A stretch of 64,000 bases of DNA, taken from contig OZ024741.1 of the NCBI GenBank assembly GCA_964016885.1, forward strand, positions 80,228,001 through 80,292,000. Reading direction: 5' to 3'. Below, one piece after another: positions 41,069 to 54,691 of this stretch. A model generated the notes under the pieces. That model was not told the origin of the DNA. It did no database searches and saw only the letters and a list, made by a program, of their open reading frames with translations. This DNA is from Eledone cirrhosa (Eukaryota). How positions within the stretch are numbered: the first letter of the stretch is position 1; every line of letters starts with the position of its first letter. The position numbers and the translations under genes were made by a program.

Positions 41069-41595
41069 TTTAGGGAGCTGCTTCCTCTGCTGACGAAGAA
41101 GGGTTTCTCCCTGCGTACGAAAGGCCGGTTGTATGATGCCTGTGTGAGGAGCGCGATGCTGCATGGTAGTGAGATACGGGCAGCAACTACAGAGGATATG
41201 CGACGGCTGGAGAGAAATGAGGCAAGCATGCGCCGTTGGATGTGCAGTGTAAATGTACGTGAACGACCCAGCATGAATGTGTTGAGAGAGAAACTGTGTC
41301 TGAGAGGGATAGAATGTAGTGTACGGGAGAGGAGACTGGGGTGGTATGGACATGTGATGCGCATGGAGGATGACCGATGGGTGAAGAAGTGCCAGGAAAT
41401 GCCAGTTGAAGGAAGACGTGGTAGAGGTAGACCACGAAAAACATGGGCGGAGGTGGTGAGAACAGACCTCAGATCGTTGAAGCTCACGGTAGAGATGACG
41501 AAGGACCGTGACGAGTGGAGAAATGCTGTGCTGAATAAGACCTGTCCCACCCTTGCGAGCAGGGAAGAGCGGACGTAAAATGATGATGATGATGA
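41069..41595 (+). mobile_element. RTE LINE 3' fragment with open frame and (TGA)n tail
   Basis: LYDACVRSAMLHGSE..RRLGWYGHVMRMED..GRRGRGRPRKTW; ends GCGGACGTAAAATGATGATG. Confidence 0.9.
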
Positions 41596-43650
41596 TATAT
41601 ATATATGTGTGTGTATGTATGTATATATATATTCATATATGAAGAAGTACTTCCTCTTACATACACACAAGAAATCTCTTCTAAAATATTCCAATATTAA
41701 TGCCAAAGTACATGTTCCATCTGCAGGTTGTTCACCTTGTCAGACTACTCAGCATTCCATCTGTGAGTGAACAATTAGCCCAGTCCATTGTGCCATACCA
41801 TTCATAAGGCTGAATTGTTGGGGGAATGATTGAAGTGCCAGAAGGGACCTGAAATACTTGAAAACCTAAAGTGGGGAGGGAAGGCACCCATAGGTAATAA
41901 GTCCCTGAAAGACCACATGTGAAGTAGCCACACTATGGTGGATTGATCTGCTAAATATAGCATTCTGTCTTTAAACAAATGTGAAGGACATATTGGATCA
42001 TCATCATCATCATTACTGTTTAACATCTATTTACCATTCTTGCATGTGTTAGACAAGTTGTCACGTTTTGAGGCTGTTAAGTCAGGTGACCATGTCTTGC
42101 TCGTATGTTCTATTTTTGGCTTGGTTTTTCTATGACTGGTTGCCCTTACTAATACCAACCACTTTACAGCATGTACTGGAAAGGTTTTATCATGACTCCA
42201 GCATCACCACCTTACAGGGTAGACTGGGTGCTTTTGTCGTGGCACAAGCACTATCACCTTACAGTACTGACTGGGTGTGTTATTTTGTGGCACTAGTACT
42301 ACCACTTTACAGAGTGGGATGGATGCATTATCACTGGGAAGGCATTAGAAGAAATGAGGGGGCTGTTTATACTGCAATGGGGAAAAGAAGTGTCAGGTTG
42401 TAGAGTGGGGCCTTGGAAAGAGTGAGTTGTGTTTGGCAATATATTGGGAGTTATACCTTGTTTTCCATGCTGGTAGGAGTTGGACAAGGAAATGAATCAG
42501 ACATGTAGGAGTAGGGGAGGGGGACACATCTTTCTTCCATACTGGTATGGGTTGTGCAGGGAAATGAATTGAGGGTGGGAGGGGGAGCACAATATGGGTG
42601 AGAGTGGCTGCATTTCTTTTTCTTTCTACGTTGGCATGGGTTAAATGAGAGAAGTGGGCAGAAACAGTATGTTGATGGAGAAGTTATATTTGAGGAATGG
42701 GGCGATAAGATTGGCAATGTGGTCTGGAGGGTCAGATTTGTCTAATCTCTAAATATATGTTGGGAGATAAAAGGATAATCGTGACTGGAATTTCTTTGAG
42801 CACAGTGTAGCTAGCCTGGGGCTAAACAACAATAACTACTACAGGTTAATGAGAATCCTGTACATGGTTGCTTGATCTGCTAGAAATAGCAGCCAAATCA
42901 GAGTAAATGACACATTCATTAACGTAGTCCTCAGTACTGTGTGTCTAGAAAAAACGGGATGGCTATTTATTATCATAAGTTTGCTCGAACTGAGCTGGCC
43001 TGAGACTATACAACAGTAACCAATTAATTCCTGAACAGACGATAATTGTGATTGGGCTAAGGGAAGTAATCAGAATACTAATTGATTTACGTTGATTAAT
43101 TTCATACTGTTACTAATACGAAATAGCAAATATATATATATATATAGAACAGAATAATAGTAAATATAAAATTAAAGGCTCTTTAAATGTTTTATTCATA
43201 CACTAATTGTATTTAAAAGAATATTTTTTTTTAATTCTGACTGAAAATAGTCCTTGCTGACTATTTAATTACGTAACTGCGGCCCCTTATAGTTATATGG
43301 TTATTAGACGTCTGCTAATGGCCAAAGGGAGACAACAGGATTAGACTTATGTTCTTATTGATAATATTTTTACTACTAGAAGACTCTTAATTACGGTTGA
43401 GGGTGTTTGGACAATAATTCATTTATTAATGGGAATTTTGTAATTTAATCGTGACAGTTGATAGTTTAAATTAATATTATTATGGATTTGCAGTAATTTT
43501 AACGTTGTACCTTTTTCAGTTTATTTTCTTATCTGCTTCTTTAAAACAAAAACATCAACAAACCACGCTGATTATTATGAAGATGTTTGGACGATGCAAA
43601 AAAGTGATTTATTATTCTTGTTCTTATTTATATATTTCTGAGAACAACAG

Positions 43651-43764
43651 CATCGTTATTAAATAAAGCAGTACTAAACGATGAAAAAAAAAGTGAGTCT
43701 TCTACTAAAAATAAAAATACTAAAACGAAATTAAAAATCGACGACGATGGCAAACAAAATCAAG
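43651..43764 (+). CDS. Putative coding exon A of a small unknown gene (5' boundary uncertain)
   Basis: Open frame SLLNKAVLNDEKKSESSTKNKNTKTKLKIDDDGKQNQ ending at the donor CAAG|GTAGGT (phase 1); non-repetitive sequence. Confidence 0.45.
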
Positions 43765-44908
43765 GTAGGTTGGTTGTCAAGAAAGGGGAGATTATCTAAC
43801 ACCTTCGCTGGATTAAATATAATTACAGTGTAATATAGAGAAATTGAAGGGTAAAATATTTATTCTTATCGCTGGATAAAAATAAAAAAGTCAGTGTGAC
43901 TCGACCTCGACCTTCGATAGAAAGAAGTCTTTTAAAATATATGATAACAGCAGAACTATCGGTGATCAGGTGTTGTTGGTGGCCCGGAACGAAAAGGTCT
44001 TCAATCGAAGGCTTTCCAACTGTGACCACCCCGTCGTTTATTTTTCTAGACTAAGCATTATCGAATGCTGCTTGGCGTTTTTTTCAGACAGTAGGATATG
44101 ATTTGATAGAAATTTTGGCTGCTATTTCTAGCAAGCTGACAAAATCGTTAGAGCATCGGACATTATAATGCATGCTATATTTAGTTAAGGTGTTTACGTT
44201 CTGAGTTCAAATCTCACTGGACACGATTTCATCAATCCCGGGGTTGATAATTGATTTAATATTACTATAATATCTACTAGATCTGAATGGGAAAATATAA
44301 AATAACAGAGACGCCGTAGGGGCAGTTGACTAAGGTGTGTTATTTAGCGAAGTAAAAGAAATAGTCACACCAGACATTGGATTCAAAGTCAATTTATCAG
44401 TCATGCATATGTATGTATAGATGGATGGATGCATGTATGTATGGATGGTTGCATGCTTGTATGTATATATGTATGTGTGTGTGCATCATCATCATCATCA
44501 TCATCATCGTTTAACGTTTATCTTCCACGCTAGCATGGGTTAGACGGGAGTTGTCCCACTTGAGGCAAGATTAGTTGGGTGACTGTCTCGCTCGTATAGG
44601 ACTATCTGGCAGGTTTTTTCTACGGCTGGATGCCCTTCCTAACACCAACCACATTTACAGTGTGAACTGGGAACTTTTTACAGTGTTACCTACACGACCA
44701 CATTACAGCGTGGACTGTGTTTTTTGTCGTGACACCTACACGATCTCGATCTCATTATCTCATTAGTTTGGACTGGATGTTTACAGACAAAGGGTGGTGT
44801 GGTGGGAGTGGGGGAATGGAGTAGGGGTAGTTGGTTGGGGTGTATATTTGGTTAAGAGGTGCATATATATATATAAAATACATATATGGATAGATGCATG
44901 CATATACG

Positions 44909-44954
<46 letters not shown>

Positions 44955-44957
<3 letters not shown>

Positions 44958-45053
44958 CGAAGGCAGTGTGGTAAGGAACCAGGTGGACCATAACGCATAG
45001 TCCAGAAATAGCCGTCGAAACGGCTTGAGCTCTGCCGTCGAGGTATTGAACAT

Positions 45054-45060
<7 letters not shown>
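44955..45060. mobile_element. Family H2 short rearranged copy in (TA)n
   Basis: Inverted tail piece joined to TCCAGAAATAGCCGTCGAAACGGCTTGAGCTCTGCCGTCG. Confidence 0.7.
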
Positions 45061-45111
<51 letters not shown>

Positions 45112-45116
<5 letters not shown>

Positions 45117-45865
45117 ACATTAACAAATGGAAACTATATTTATAAAACCATATTTATTTCATTATACATATTTCAAGGGCCACCAAGGCAGATTACGGTG
45201 CGCTTTTATCAGATAAAATATAATATAGATTAGTTTTATAAATAAATATTGACAGGATTAGTGGTTAGAGCATTGGCCTTGCAATCGAAAGGTTGTGAGT
45301 TCAATTCTCAGACCGGGTGATGTGTTGTTTCCTTGAGCAAGACACTTTATTTCACATTGCTCCAGTTTACTCAGCTGTAGAAATGAGATGATAGGGACTG
45401 GGGTCCATATCATTCCACTGCAAAGTGGTCGTGGAGGTGCCACGGCAAAAAAGCACCCAGCACTCACTGTAAATGAGGTTGGTGTTAGGAAGGGCATCCA
45501 GCTGTAGAAATCAAGACAGAATCAGTTCCCGTCCCACCCTTGCAAGCAGGGGAAAAAAAGCGGACGTAAAATGAAATGATGAAATGATACCCTGAAAAAT
45601 GCAACCTTCACGGTTGGAGTCTCCCGTGAAGTTTGCATTTTTCAGGGTATGTCAATATTTATTTATAAAACTAATCTATATTATATTTTATCTGATGAAA
45701 GCGCACCATAATCTGCCTTGGTGGCCCTTGAAATATGTATAATGAAATAAATATGGTTTTATAAATATAGTTTCCATTTGTTAATGTATTGTATATTGTT
45801 GAGTGCTTTATATCAGTTATAAAAATATTTTGCTTGTTGTATCCCAACAAATTAAATATAACCTC
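45112..45865. mobile_element. Palindromic family H4 element (hammerheads 45155-45220 minus, 45684-45749 plus) with a nested SINE
   Basis: 45112-45254 plus 45588-45613 are the reverse complement of 45624-45795. The plus-strand core is CUGAUGA; the minus-strand core is CUGAUAA. Confidence 0.85.
45255..45588 (+). mobile_element. SINE family B inserted in the H4 left arm
   Basis: Matches 52128-52460 and splits GACA|TACCCTG of the arm. Confidence 0.88.
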
Positions 45866-45866
45866 T

Positions 45867-45976
<110 letters not shown>

Positions 45977-46760
45977 GTATGCATCTATCTACCTATGTAC
46001 GCATGTAAGGTGTGTGGCTTAGCGATTACGGTGTTCAGCTTACAATCGTAAGTTTGTGAGTTTGATTTTCAATGGTCAGATGTGTCATCCAGCAAGACTG
46101 TATTTCAAGCTGTTCCATTCCACTCAACTGACAAAAATAAGTTGTACTTATAATTTAAAGAATGCATGCGTGTCTGAATCTCCCTGAGAACAACGTTAAG
46201 AGTACACATGTCTGTGAAGCCACCCATAAATTTCATAAAGAGGTTCTTCCATCGTTCAAACAACTGGAACACTCACTGTCGAAACTGACACAGGTCCAAC
46301 AACATAATATATGTATGTACAAAAAATAATATCTGCATGTGTTTGCGTGTTTATGTGTGTATATGTTTTATGCAATCCATATTATTCTCTTGTGTTTTAT
46401 TATTTCTCACTTTTCTATATATTTTTTCTCCTTTTGCTAAGCCCTCACGCACCGTTCCCTACCTTCTTTGTCAGTTGACGCACTATATTTGTGTAATTCG
46501 CACCCAAAACAACTTGTCTCTACCTGTTTTGTTATGCTGTGATGTGCACTGGAATGAGTGGTATCATTCTTAATATACTGAAACTGTAGTGATTTCCAGA
46601 GGTTGACTGAGGAAATGGGACTGTCCGTCTTTCTCTTGTTTTTTCTTCCATTGTCTTTGTTTTGTGTGCCCACAATTTTGAATATATATATATATATATA
46701 AACCATATTATTCCATGTATTTCACACATTTATATGTATTGCATTCCCCTTTTTGACCAG

Positions 46761-46848
46761 AAAAATGTCTAGAAAACCCTAGTTTGGTGTATAATGTGGA
46801 GGAGAAACTGGGAAAATCTACACTGGACATTCAAATTAGAGAACATTG
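46761..46848 (+). CDS. Putative coding exon B (88 nt, phase 1 to 2)
   Basis: Acceptor TTCCCCTTTTTGACCAG|, donor TG|GTGAGT; open frame (E)KCLENPSLVYNVEEKLGKSTLDIQIREH(W), in phase with exons A and C. Confidence 0.55.
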
Positions 46849-47094
46849 GTGAGTGCAGAGATGTATGTATAATGTCTTATTTTCCAATATAAAGATAATT
46901 AGCCAGTTAATTAGATTTTTGACAGCTGTGACATATGAACCTAATGGATTAGAGATTTATGTTCACTCCTTGTATAATGATCCTTTTGATCATTTGGTAA
47001 TTAAAGGTGATAGATGGTAATAATTAGACAAACAAGGTAATTAAGTTTACAGTATTATAAATAGCAATGAAAATCCTAGCCAGTCATCCACAAC

Positions 47095-47470
47095 GTGACT
47101 ATGGATAGTGTTAGAAACTCATACACGACTAAAACAAAGCTACATATCATTGCCTATGCAGAAGCATATGTCAACCATGCTGCTGGCAGTTAGAGAGTAG
47201 TGTAGAGTAAAAGACCATCTGCAGAAGTTACCCAAACAAAAGAAAGCAGAACGTGGAAAGTCATCTAAATTGACTGTACTTGAACAGAATCTTGCTGATT
47301 GGACAACACAAGTTAGACAGTAGGAAATTGCTGTATCAACAACAGAACTATAACTTAAAGCAAAGCTAGTAGCCAGAGATCTATTTATCAGACTTCAGAG
47401 CCTCTGAAAGCTGGACTTACAGCTTCCTATGCAGATGCATCCACATTTCATTACGATTTCCAGGGGACTA
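47095..47470 (+). pseudogene. pogo/Tigger-type transposase N-terminal (Brinker/CENP-B HTH) relic
   Basis: RNSYTTKTKLHIIAYAE..NHAAG; LADWTTQVRQ*EIAVSTTEL*LKAKLVA; FRASESWTYSFLCR. Confidence 0.7.
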
Positions 47471-47537
47471 TGAAGATAAACTAGAAGAATTTCTTGGTTA
47501 GTGAACATTCCTTCATGTATTTTGATTTTAGTGACTG

Positions 47538-47731
47538 GTGGGTCGGTGAATCAGCAGTATCGGTAGAAGGTTGGACGCCATACTTTCTAGCATAGTTACG
47601 TCCCTTTACAGTCTGAGTTCAAATCCCGCCGAGGTTAACTTTGCCTTTTCATCCTTACGGGGTCAATAAAATAAAGTACCATTAATGTACTGGGTAATTG
47701 CTGGCCTTGTGCTTAAAGTAGAAACAATTAT
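47538..47731 (+). mobile_element. SINE family A
   Basis: B box GAGTTCAAATCCCGCC and the family tail. Confidence 0.85.
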
Positions 47732-48129
47732 TTATGTAATTATGATGACTTAGTGCTTTTTCAAATATTGATTTGTGCTTTAAAAATATGAACTATACTT
47801 GATGTAGTGCTCAGATGTGTTATTGTTATTTGTTATTTTTTATTTCATTATTAATTTAGCAATAAAATATTTCGGTCATTTTTATTCTTTCATGTGTTCT
47901 AGACAAGAGTTAACATATGGATGATTATTAGGTCAGGGACGAGGATATGTTTTCAGCATTCTCACAAAAATTCAATGCTTCATTATACACCCAGATACAC
48001 AAGTGATGGCAGAATATTTATCATTCAAGGACATAAAAGCACAGAATAAACATACACATGGCTTAGTACAAACTGTGGAATACACAGAAATTTCAGAAAT
48101 AGATGAAACAATACATATACAGTATCAGT

Positions 48130-48262
48130 AAAACTTTATTCAAACATTTTATTATATGATATTGTATAAGAAAAGGTACGATTGAAGTCAAAGGGTTCTC
48201 AGTGCTGGTTGATTATTGATACTGTTTCTTGTTCTCTGCTTGCTGTTTTCTCAGAAAGAGGT
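48130..48262 (-). other. Possible terminal exon of an antisense transcript
   Basis: Reverse complement shows acceptor CTTTTTTTCAG|, a short open frame (LFLRKQQAENKKQYQ* or PLSEKTASREQETVSIINQH*) and two AATAAA signals downstream. Confidence 0.4.
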
Positions 48263-49292
48263 CTGAAAAAAAGCTAGAACCATTTAGTTATGGTGTATAC
48301 TGTGCACTTCCAAAACAAACAAGGAAAAAAACGGCTGGATGCCCTTCCTAACACCAACCACATTTACAGTGTGGACTGGGAGCCTTTTTACCGTGTGTCC
48401 TACATGACCACTTTACAGTGTGGACTAGGTGCTTTTTGTCATGTCACCTACATGACCACTTTACAGTGGACGGAAGTGGGAGGATGGAGTAGGGGTGTGG
48501 GGTGGGGTGTATATTGGGTTAAGAGGTGCCTACTGACATATCATAATCTTCAAGCCTTAACCCTTTAGCATTTAAACCGGCTGTATCCGGCCAGAATTCT
48601 CTTACCTCCTTCTGTTCTAACCGGTCATAACCGACTGCTCATACTTATGTTAAAGTATTGTTCTCAAAATACATAATATCAAAATCTCATAGATTCGATA
48701 TTATGTGAAATAAAGAGTTTACTGTGAAAATACAATAGTAAATATAGAGTAATGTGAATGCTAAAGGGTTAAACCATGATCATTTTGAACCTAAACACTT
48801 TCAAACTGGGGCATTCCCACTCAAACAAGGACATGTAGTGATCAAATACTATACACAGATATTTACCTATATTCATTAAAAAACCTGATAACTTAGAAGG
48901 AATTAAAATCATAACAGCATAACAATTGATGTAACACAAGAAAAATTTTCAATTAATGTAACACAAGAAAAATTTTCAATTAAACTAGTCGGGTTATTTA
49001 TCACTATAAACATCTTATAACATATCTTCAAATGAATTAGTTAAATTAGATATTATCTTAATAAATAATTTTACTCTTAAAATACTTTGGCTGTAAACTA
49101 ATAGGTTTTCAAAGTTACACAAAATCTATATAACTTTTGTTTTAATTGAAAAAAAATAATATGAATTTCAAAGTAATATGTGATTTGAAAGCTACGACAC
49201 TGCAAAATGGACTGTAGATTTTGGAATAAATTGAAGACAACAAAAATGTTGGTGTGTCACCTGTTTTTTATTTACCTGTCCTAATATTTCAG

Positions 49293-49359
49293 GTCTAAAA
49301 AGCCTTTGTCAGAAGACTATAATGAGAAACTGGCTCAGAGTTCAGGCTTTTGTTGTTAG
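49293..49359 (+). CDS. Putative last coding exon C
   Basis: Acceptor TTTACCTGTCCTAATATTTCAG|G; the phase-2 join gives W-SKKPLSEDYNEKLAQSSGFCC*. Confidence 0.5.
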
Positions 49360-49884
49360 AGGCTTGCCATTTTTTACCTTTGTATAGGAATTTCATCAAT
49401 GTAATTTACACCTTCAAAAAGTATCTCTGCATTATTATGAAAGTTATGAGTAAACAAATTGGATGTGGGTGAGAGGGCACTAAACCACAAAACCCTATTG
49501 TCTTAAAGCAAGCTAAAAACAGCAGCCATACTTTTTATCAAACATGTGCATCAGAATTTTGGAGTAGACAAACAGATTCATAAAATATGATTTAGTTTCA
49601 TCTCTAAGTGTTTGGTGATTGAATGGAGACAATATAGAGTAAAGAGAGCTCTACTCTTGATTGATGCTAAGAAGGGCATTGAACCATAGAAACCATACTA
49701 AAAAATGTGAATGTATGTACAAGATATTGTTTGTCAAACCATCTAGGATGATAGTAACTCTGAATAAAACTGACTTGAACCATAAAAACTTGTTCAAATT
49801 ATGCCATCATGGAAAACAGATGTGAAATAATGATGAGGATCTCCATCACTTCCACCATTTTATCATTTGTTTCATCATTCTTCC

Positions 49885-51268
49885 ACATCCTAGAGGCAGC
49901 AGCAAAGAACAACGACCTCAACCAAGTGTTCAACACATTCCACAGATTCCATGTTGGCCCCTGAATCAAGACAGCCCTATGAAGGATACCAATGGCAACG
50001 TCATCGCCACAGAAACAACCTGCCTCGAAAACTAGAAGGAGCACTTCAGCTTTCTTCTTCATCACCCACCCCAATTGATCCCTGCCTGACCATCATTGCA
50101 GACACAGCTGCAGCCAACAACACTTGCAGGCTCGATCATGTCACCCCCAATGAAGTCAAAGCCGTCTGGAATCTACACTATCAACGTGGAGATGCTGAAG
50201 GCAGACAGAGATAACATGATCCAGTTGCTCACCCACATCATTATCCATGTATTGGTGTCAAAGTGGCTTCCAAGTGACTGGACAAGGGTCATCATTCTCC
50301 CCTTCTGGAAACAGAAGGGCGATAAACTTGTCAGCAGTAATCACAGCAGCATCACCCTCTTCTCCATCCCAAACATGCTCTTCACCAAGATCCTCCTCAG
50401 TCATGCTCTTCCCACCATTAGAAGCAGATGTCACCCACTATAAGCTACATTCATGCCAAATCGATCTACTGCAAACCACATTTCTGCCCTTCATCTCATT
50501 ATTGAGAGATCTCAGGACTTTTGCAGATATTGCCGCATCTACGTTACATCATGAACCTCAAGGTGGCTTTTGACATGGTCAACAATGTATCCAACTGGAA
50601 AATTCACAAGCTCATCGGTGCACCTCCCAAAATCATCACTCTGTTCCAATGGCTCTATAGCTATGCCAAGAATTGCATGCAGATAAACTGGTTCCCTATC
50701 AACAACAGCGTCAGAAAGTGCTGTGTAGCTAGCTGCCTCCAACCTCTTCAACTGTTTCATCAACTATCTGATGACCAAGATCTATGAGTGAGTTTCTTGC
50801 ATTACCTTTGAGAACTACCACCTTACTGACCTGGAGTATGCGAACGATACAACCCTATTCAGCAACTTGATCGATCAGTTCGGGGATGCACTGACTATAT
50901 ACCGGGAGGAATCAGCAAAGCTTGGCCTTCAGGTGAGCTGGGCAAAACCAAACTGATGCATGTTGGCTATGGCCCGGATCCTTCCCCGCTTCATATTGGG
51001 CCTGACATTGCAGAGTTTGTCAACTCTTTCATTTACCTGGGCTCAACAGTCACCAACAATGGAGACCTGACCTCAGAGATCAACCGCAGATGTGGTCTGG
51101 CTAGTGAGATCATGCACTCCCTATGGAATCCCCTTTGGTGCCATTGCTCCATCTCCTGGAAGACAAAGTTCCGTATCTGCAATGCATCAGTCCTCTCCAT
51201 TCTACCCTGTGGAGTAGAAACATGGCCCTTTACAAAGAGGATTGATGGCTGCAATAACAGATCCCTGA
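49885..51268 (+). mobile_element. Degenerate RTE-like LINE (RT region)
   Basis: PSDWTRVIILPFWKQKGD, NLKVAFDMV, DLEYANDTTL and FIYLGSTV..EINRRCGLA. Confidence 0.85.
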
Positions 51269-51339
51269 GGGGGGGGGGGGACAAGAAAAAGAAGAATTCT
51301 TACACAGGAGGGTGAGTCTTTTCCTGAACCCTGTGTCAT

Positions 51340-52900
51340 CTCCTTAGTGAGGTTCAGCTTTGTGGTATCAATCTTCACTTAGGTATGCAGCTATTATCCT
51401 CCATACATATCACATACCCATACCAGTGCAAATTTCTCTATTCCACACTACATCTGATTTTTACTATATTCAATTTTTGACTCAGCTTATTTGTGCATTG
51501 TCATTTATGTATACTAATATTACACATCCAGTAGAGCATGCTCACTTCATTTCTTTACAATGTTTGCAGATCCTCTGCATTCAAGGCTACTATCTCACTG
51601 CCATGCAGCAACATACTTTATATTTTGTACACAAATATTGTGCAATCTGCTTGTCATTCTGAGAAAATAATCCTTTATTATCACCAGCAGCAATAGTTCC
51701 TTGAACCATTTCCCACCTAGTTCTTACTCTAATTACCATGCTTTCAGAGCTCCTCCCCCACTGTTAATTAGGTTACATAGCCGACAAAAATTATAAACCA
51801 CTTCTAAGGTGTCTTTCAGGCATTTTACACAACCTATTTCATATGTGCATTTATTATCTACTGTTCCTGCTTATGATCCATCCCACTATATCTTTTGTGT
51901 GTCCATAGTCTACACTGAATATATTATATGGAATTTTTACCTACACCTTTTCTGCATATTAAACATGGCCGTTTTTCTTATGTTTTTATCCCTACTTATT
52001 AAAACTTTAGTCCTTGCTAAGCCTACTATGAGGTCTGTCAATTCTAGATTTTGCTTCCATTTCTGAAATTTCTTCTCTAAATCAGCTACAGAGATATATA
52101 TATATATATTATATATATATATATACATGGAGGCACATGGCTTAGTGGTTAGAGCATTGGCCTTGCAATCGAAAGGTTGTGAGTTCAATTCTCAGACCGG
52201 GTGATGTGTTGTTTCCTTGAGCAAGACACTTTATTTCACATTGCTCCAGTTTACTCAGCTGTAGAAATGAGATGATAGGGATTGGGGTCCCTATCATTCA
52301 ACTGCAAAGTGGTTGTGGAGGTGCCACGGCAAAAAAAGCACCCAGCACTCACTGTAAATGAGGTTGGTGTTAGGAAGGGCATCCAGCTGTAGAAATCAAG
52401 CCAGAATCAGTTCCCGTCCCACCCTTGCAAGCAGGGAAAAGCGGACGTAAAATGAAATGATATATACATATATGTATGTATATCTTCCATGCGCATCACA
52501 TGGCCATACCAACACAGTCTTTTCTCCCGCACACTACAGTTTATCCCTCTCATACACAGTTTCACTCTCAACTCGTCTATGCTTGGTCATTCACGCACAT
52601 TGACATTGCATATCCATCAGAGCATACTTGCTTCATTTCTCTCCAGCCTTCACATATCCTCCACAGTTGCTGCCCATATCTCACTACCATGCAGCATTGC
52701 ACATCTCACACAGGCATCATACAACCAACCTTTTGTTCATAGGGAGAAATGCTTCGTTGTCAACAGAGGAAGCAGCTCCTTAAACTTCTATCATCCTGTC
52801 CTTATTCTAGATACTATGGCCTCGGAGCATCCTCCTTACTTGCTAATCTGACCACCTAGATATCGGAACTATCAACCACCTCTAGAGATCTTGCCTACAT
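51340..52900 (-). mobile_element. Degenerate RTE 3' fragments (51340-52085, 52480-52900) around a SINE
   Basis: Reverse-complement homology to 41069-41595 (YDACVRCAMLHGSE). Confidence 0.75.
52128..52460 (+). mobile_element. Full-length SINE family B
   Basis: GGAGGCACATGGCTTAGTGGTTAGAGC (A box), GAGTTCAATTCT (B box), core GTGTTGTTTCCTTGAGCAAGACACTT, and RTE tail CCCACCCTTGCAAGCAGGGAAAAGCGGACGTAAAATG. Confidence 0.9.
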
Positions 52901-54691
52901 TTGAAAAATGTGCCTATCACTGACACTTCTACTATCAATTTTCTCTGAACATCTACTACTATTTATCTATCTATATATATATATATCATTATTAGCTTTA
53001 TTACTGTTTTTCCATGTCGGCATGAGTTGGACAAGACATTTTGAGGTAGAATTCTATGAGAGGATGCCTTTCCTAACATCAACACTTGCATTTTTCTGTT
53101 TATATCTCAGTTGTGTCAAAGGCATGACAACTTCTCCTGAGCACTTGATGGAACATGAGACTGTACATAAGCAAGGCACACATTTACAGTGAGTGCTGGG
53201 TGCTTTTTGTCATGACACCTAGACAATCACTTTACAGTGTGGGCTGGATGCTTTTTGTCGTGTCACCATCACAACCATTTTACAGCATGGACTGGGGTCT
53301 TTGGTGGAAAGGGTGTGTGGAGATTAGGGAGGTGGGTATATGGGCATATATATATATATATATGGATCTACATTCCCCTCCCTTCTTCCCTACTGCGCGG
53401 TTGAGGAAACAACAATTGACCTGGTGTTAATGCCACACTGGAACACAAGTGATGCTGCTGATGTAACAATGAGATGTATCAAACCCAATTCATAAAGTGG
53501 CAGTGATTACATCATGATAGAATACACCCAAACCTCTCTGTAAAGTGGCAGTGTCAGTATCTCAATAAAATGCACCTAACCTAGTCTGTAAAGTAGCTGT
53601 ACCGGTGCCATAATAAAATGCATCCAAATAAAGGCTGCAATGTGGTTGGCATAAGGAAGGTCATCCAGCTGTAGAATCCATACCAATCAGTAATTCCCAC
53701 ACTGTATCATACTGAATCTACCTAAGAATTATGATAAGGTATATGTATCTGAGAAATGCTCTGCAGCTTACACATTAACTTCAGGAGCAGATTGTTCTGT
53801 TGATCAAACATCTGGAGCATTCATTGTTGAAAACAACACAGGTCTATTTCCGACAGCATCAGTTGTCATTTTGTCCCTCTTGTCTTATTTATTCTCCAGT
53901 AGCTTTTCCATTTGTTACTTATAATACTGGTAGGTACCTTGTGTTTCTTGCTGCTTGTTCTGTCCTATTTGGTCTAAAGAGTTATTTGTATCTTCTATTG
54001 TTGATTTATCTGCCAGTAGCTAAAATCCTACAGCCATAGGTCCAGTCCTCTCATATGTATTGAGACCAGATATTATATAACTTTTTGTTGGCAGCTGACT
54101 AAGAAGGCATTGTTTTCTATGCTAACCACTCTCATATGGCTACAGAGGTAGCTGTGACATGATCACAGCTTATAGTAAGATGTATGCATGTTTATGCATA
54201 AATATATTGCATATGATTTCATATATGCCTCTATTATGAATCATGCTATGTTAGTGCTACTGCTATTTAATACCAGCCTGTCAAGACTACACTATATGCA
54301 AATGAGAATTTCCTTAGACATACCATGTACAAAATCTATATAATCTATAGCTTATTTTACCTCAATATCGAGCGAGTAAATATCACTGGTGTATTTGTCA
54401 CCATGACCACTTTGTCTTTGTATGCATATATGTAGGATTACATTATTCAGTGTCTCTTTAAAACAATAGAGTGTGTTTTGGCTGCTATTTCTAACTGGTT
54501 CAGTGATCCTGTAGAAATGAAATCATAAATAAATTCCAGATTTTTGCATCTACTTGATGAGTTGATCTACTAGAAACAGTAACAAAAGATGCATACATAC
54601 AGTGGCGGACTGGGTAAAAAAATATTGGTTGCCAGGAGATAAAGGGGGCCCACCCACATATAGAATGCTATCATTTAATTTTTATAATGAA

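Noticed and set aside
52128-52200. tRNA gene
   Set aside because: The A and B boxes belong to SINE heads that continue into SINE core and tail; there is no proper acceptor stem or terminator.
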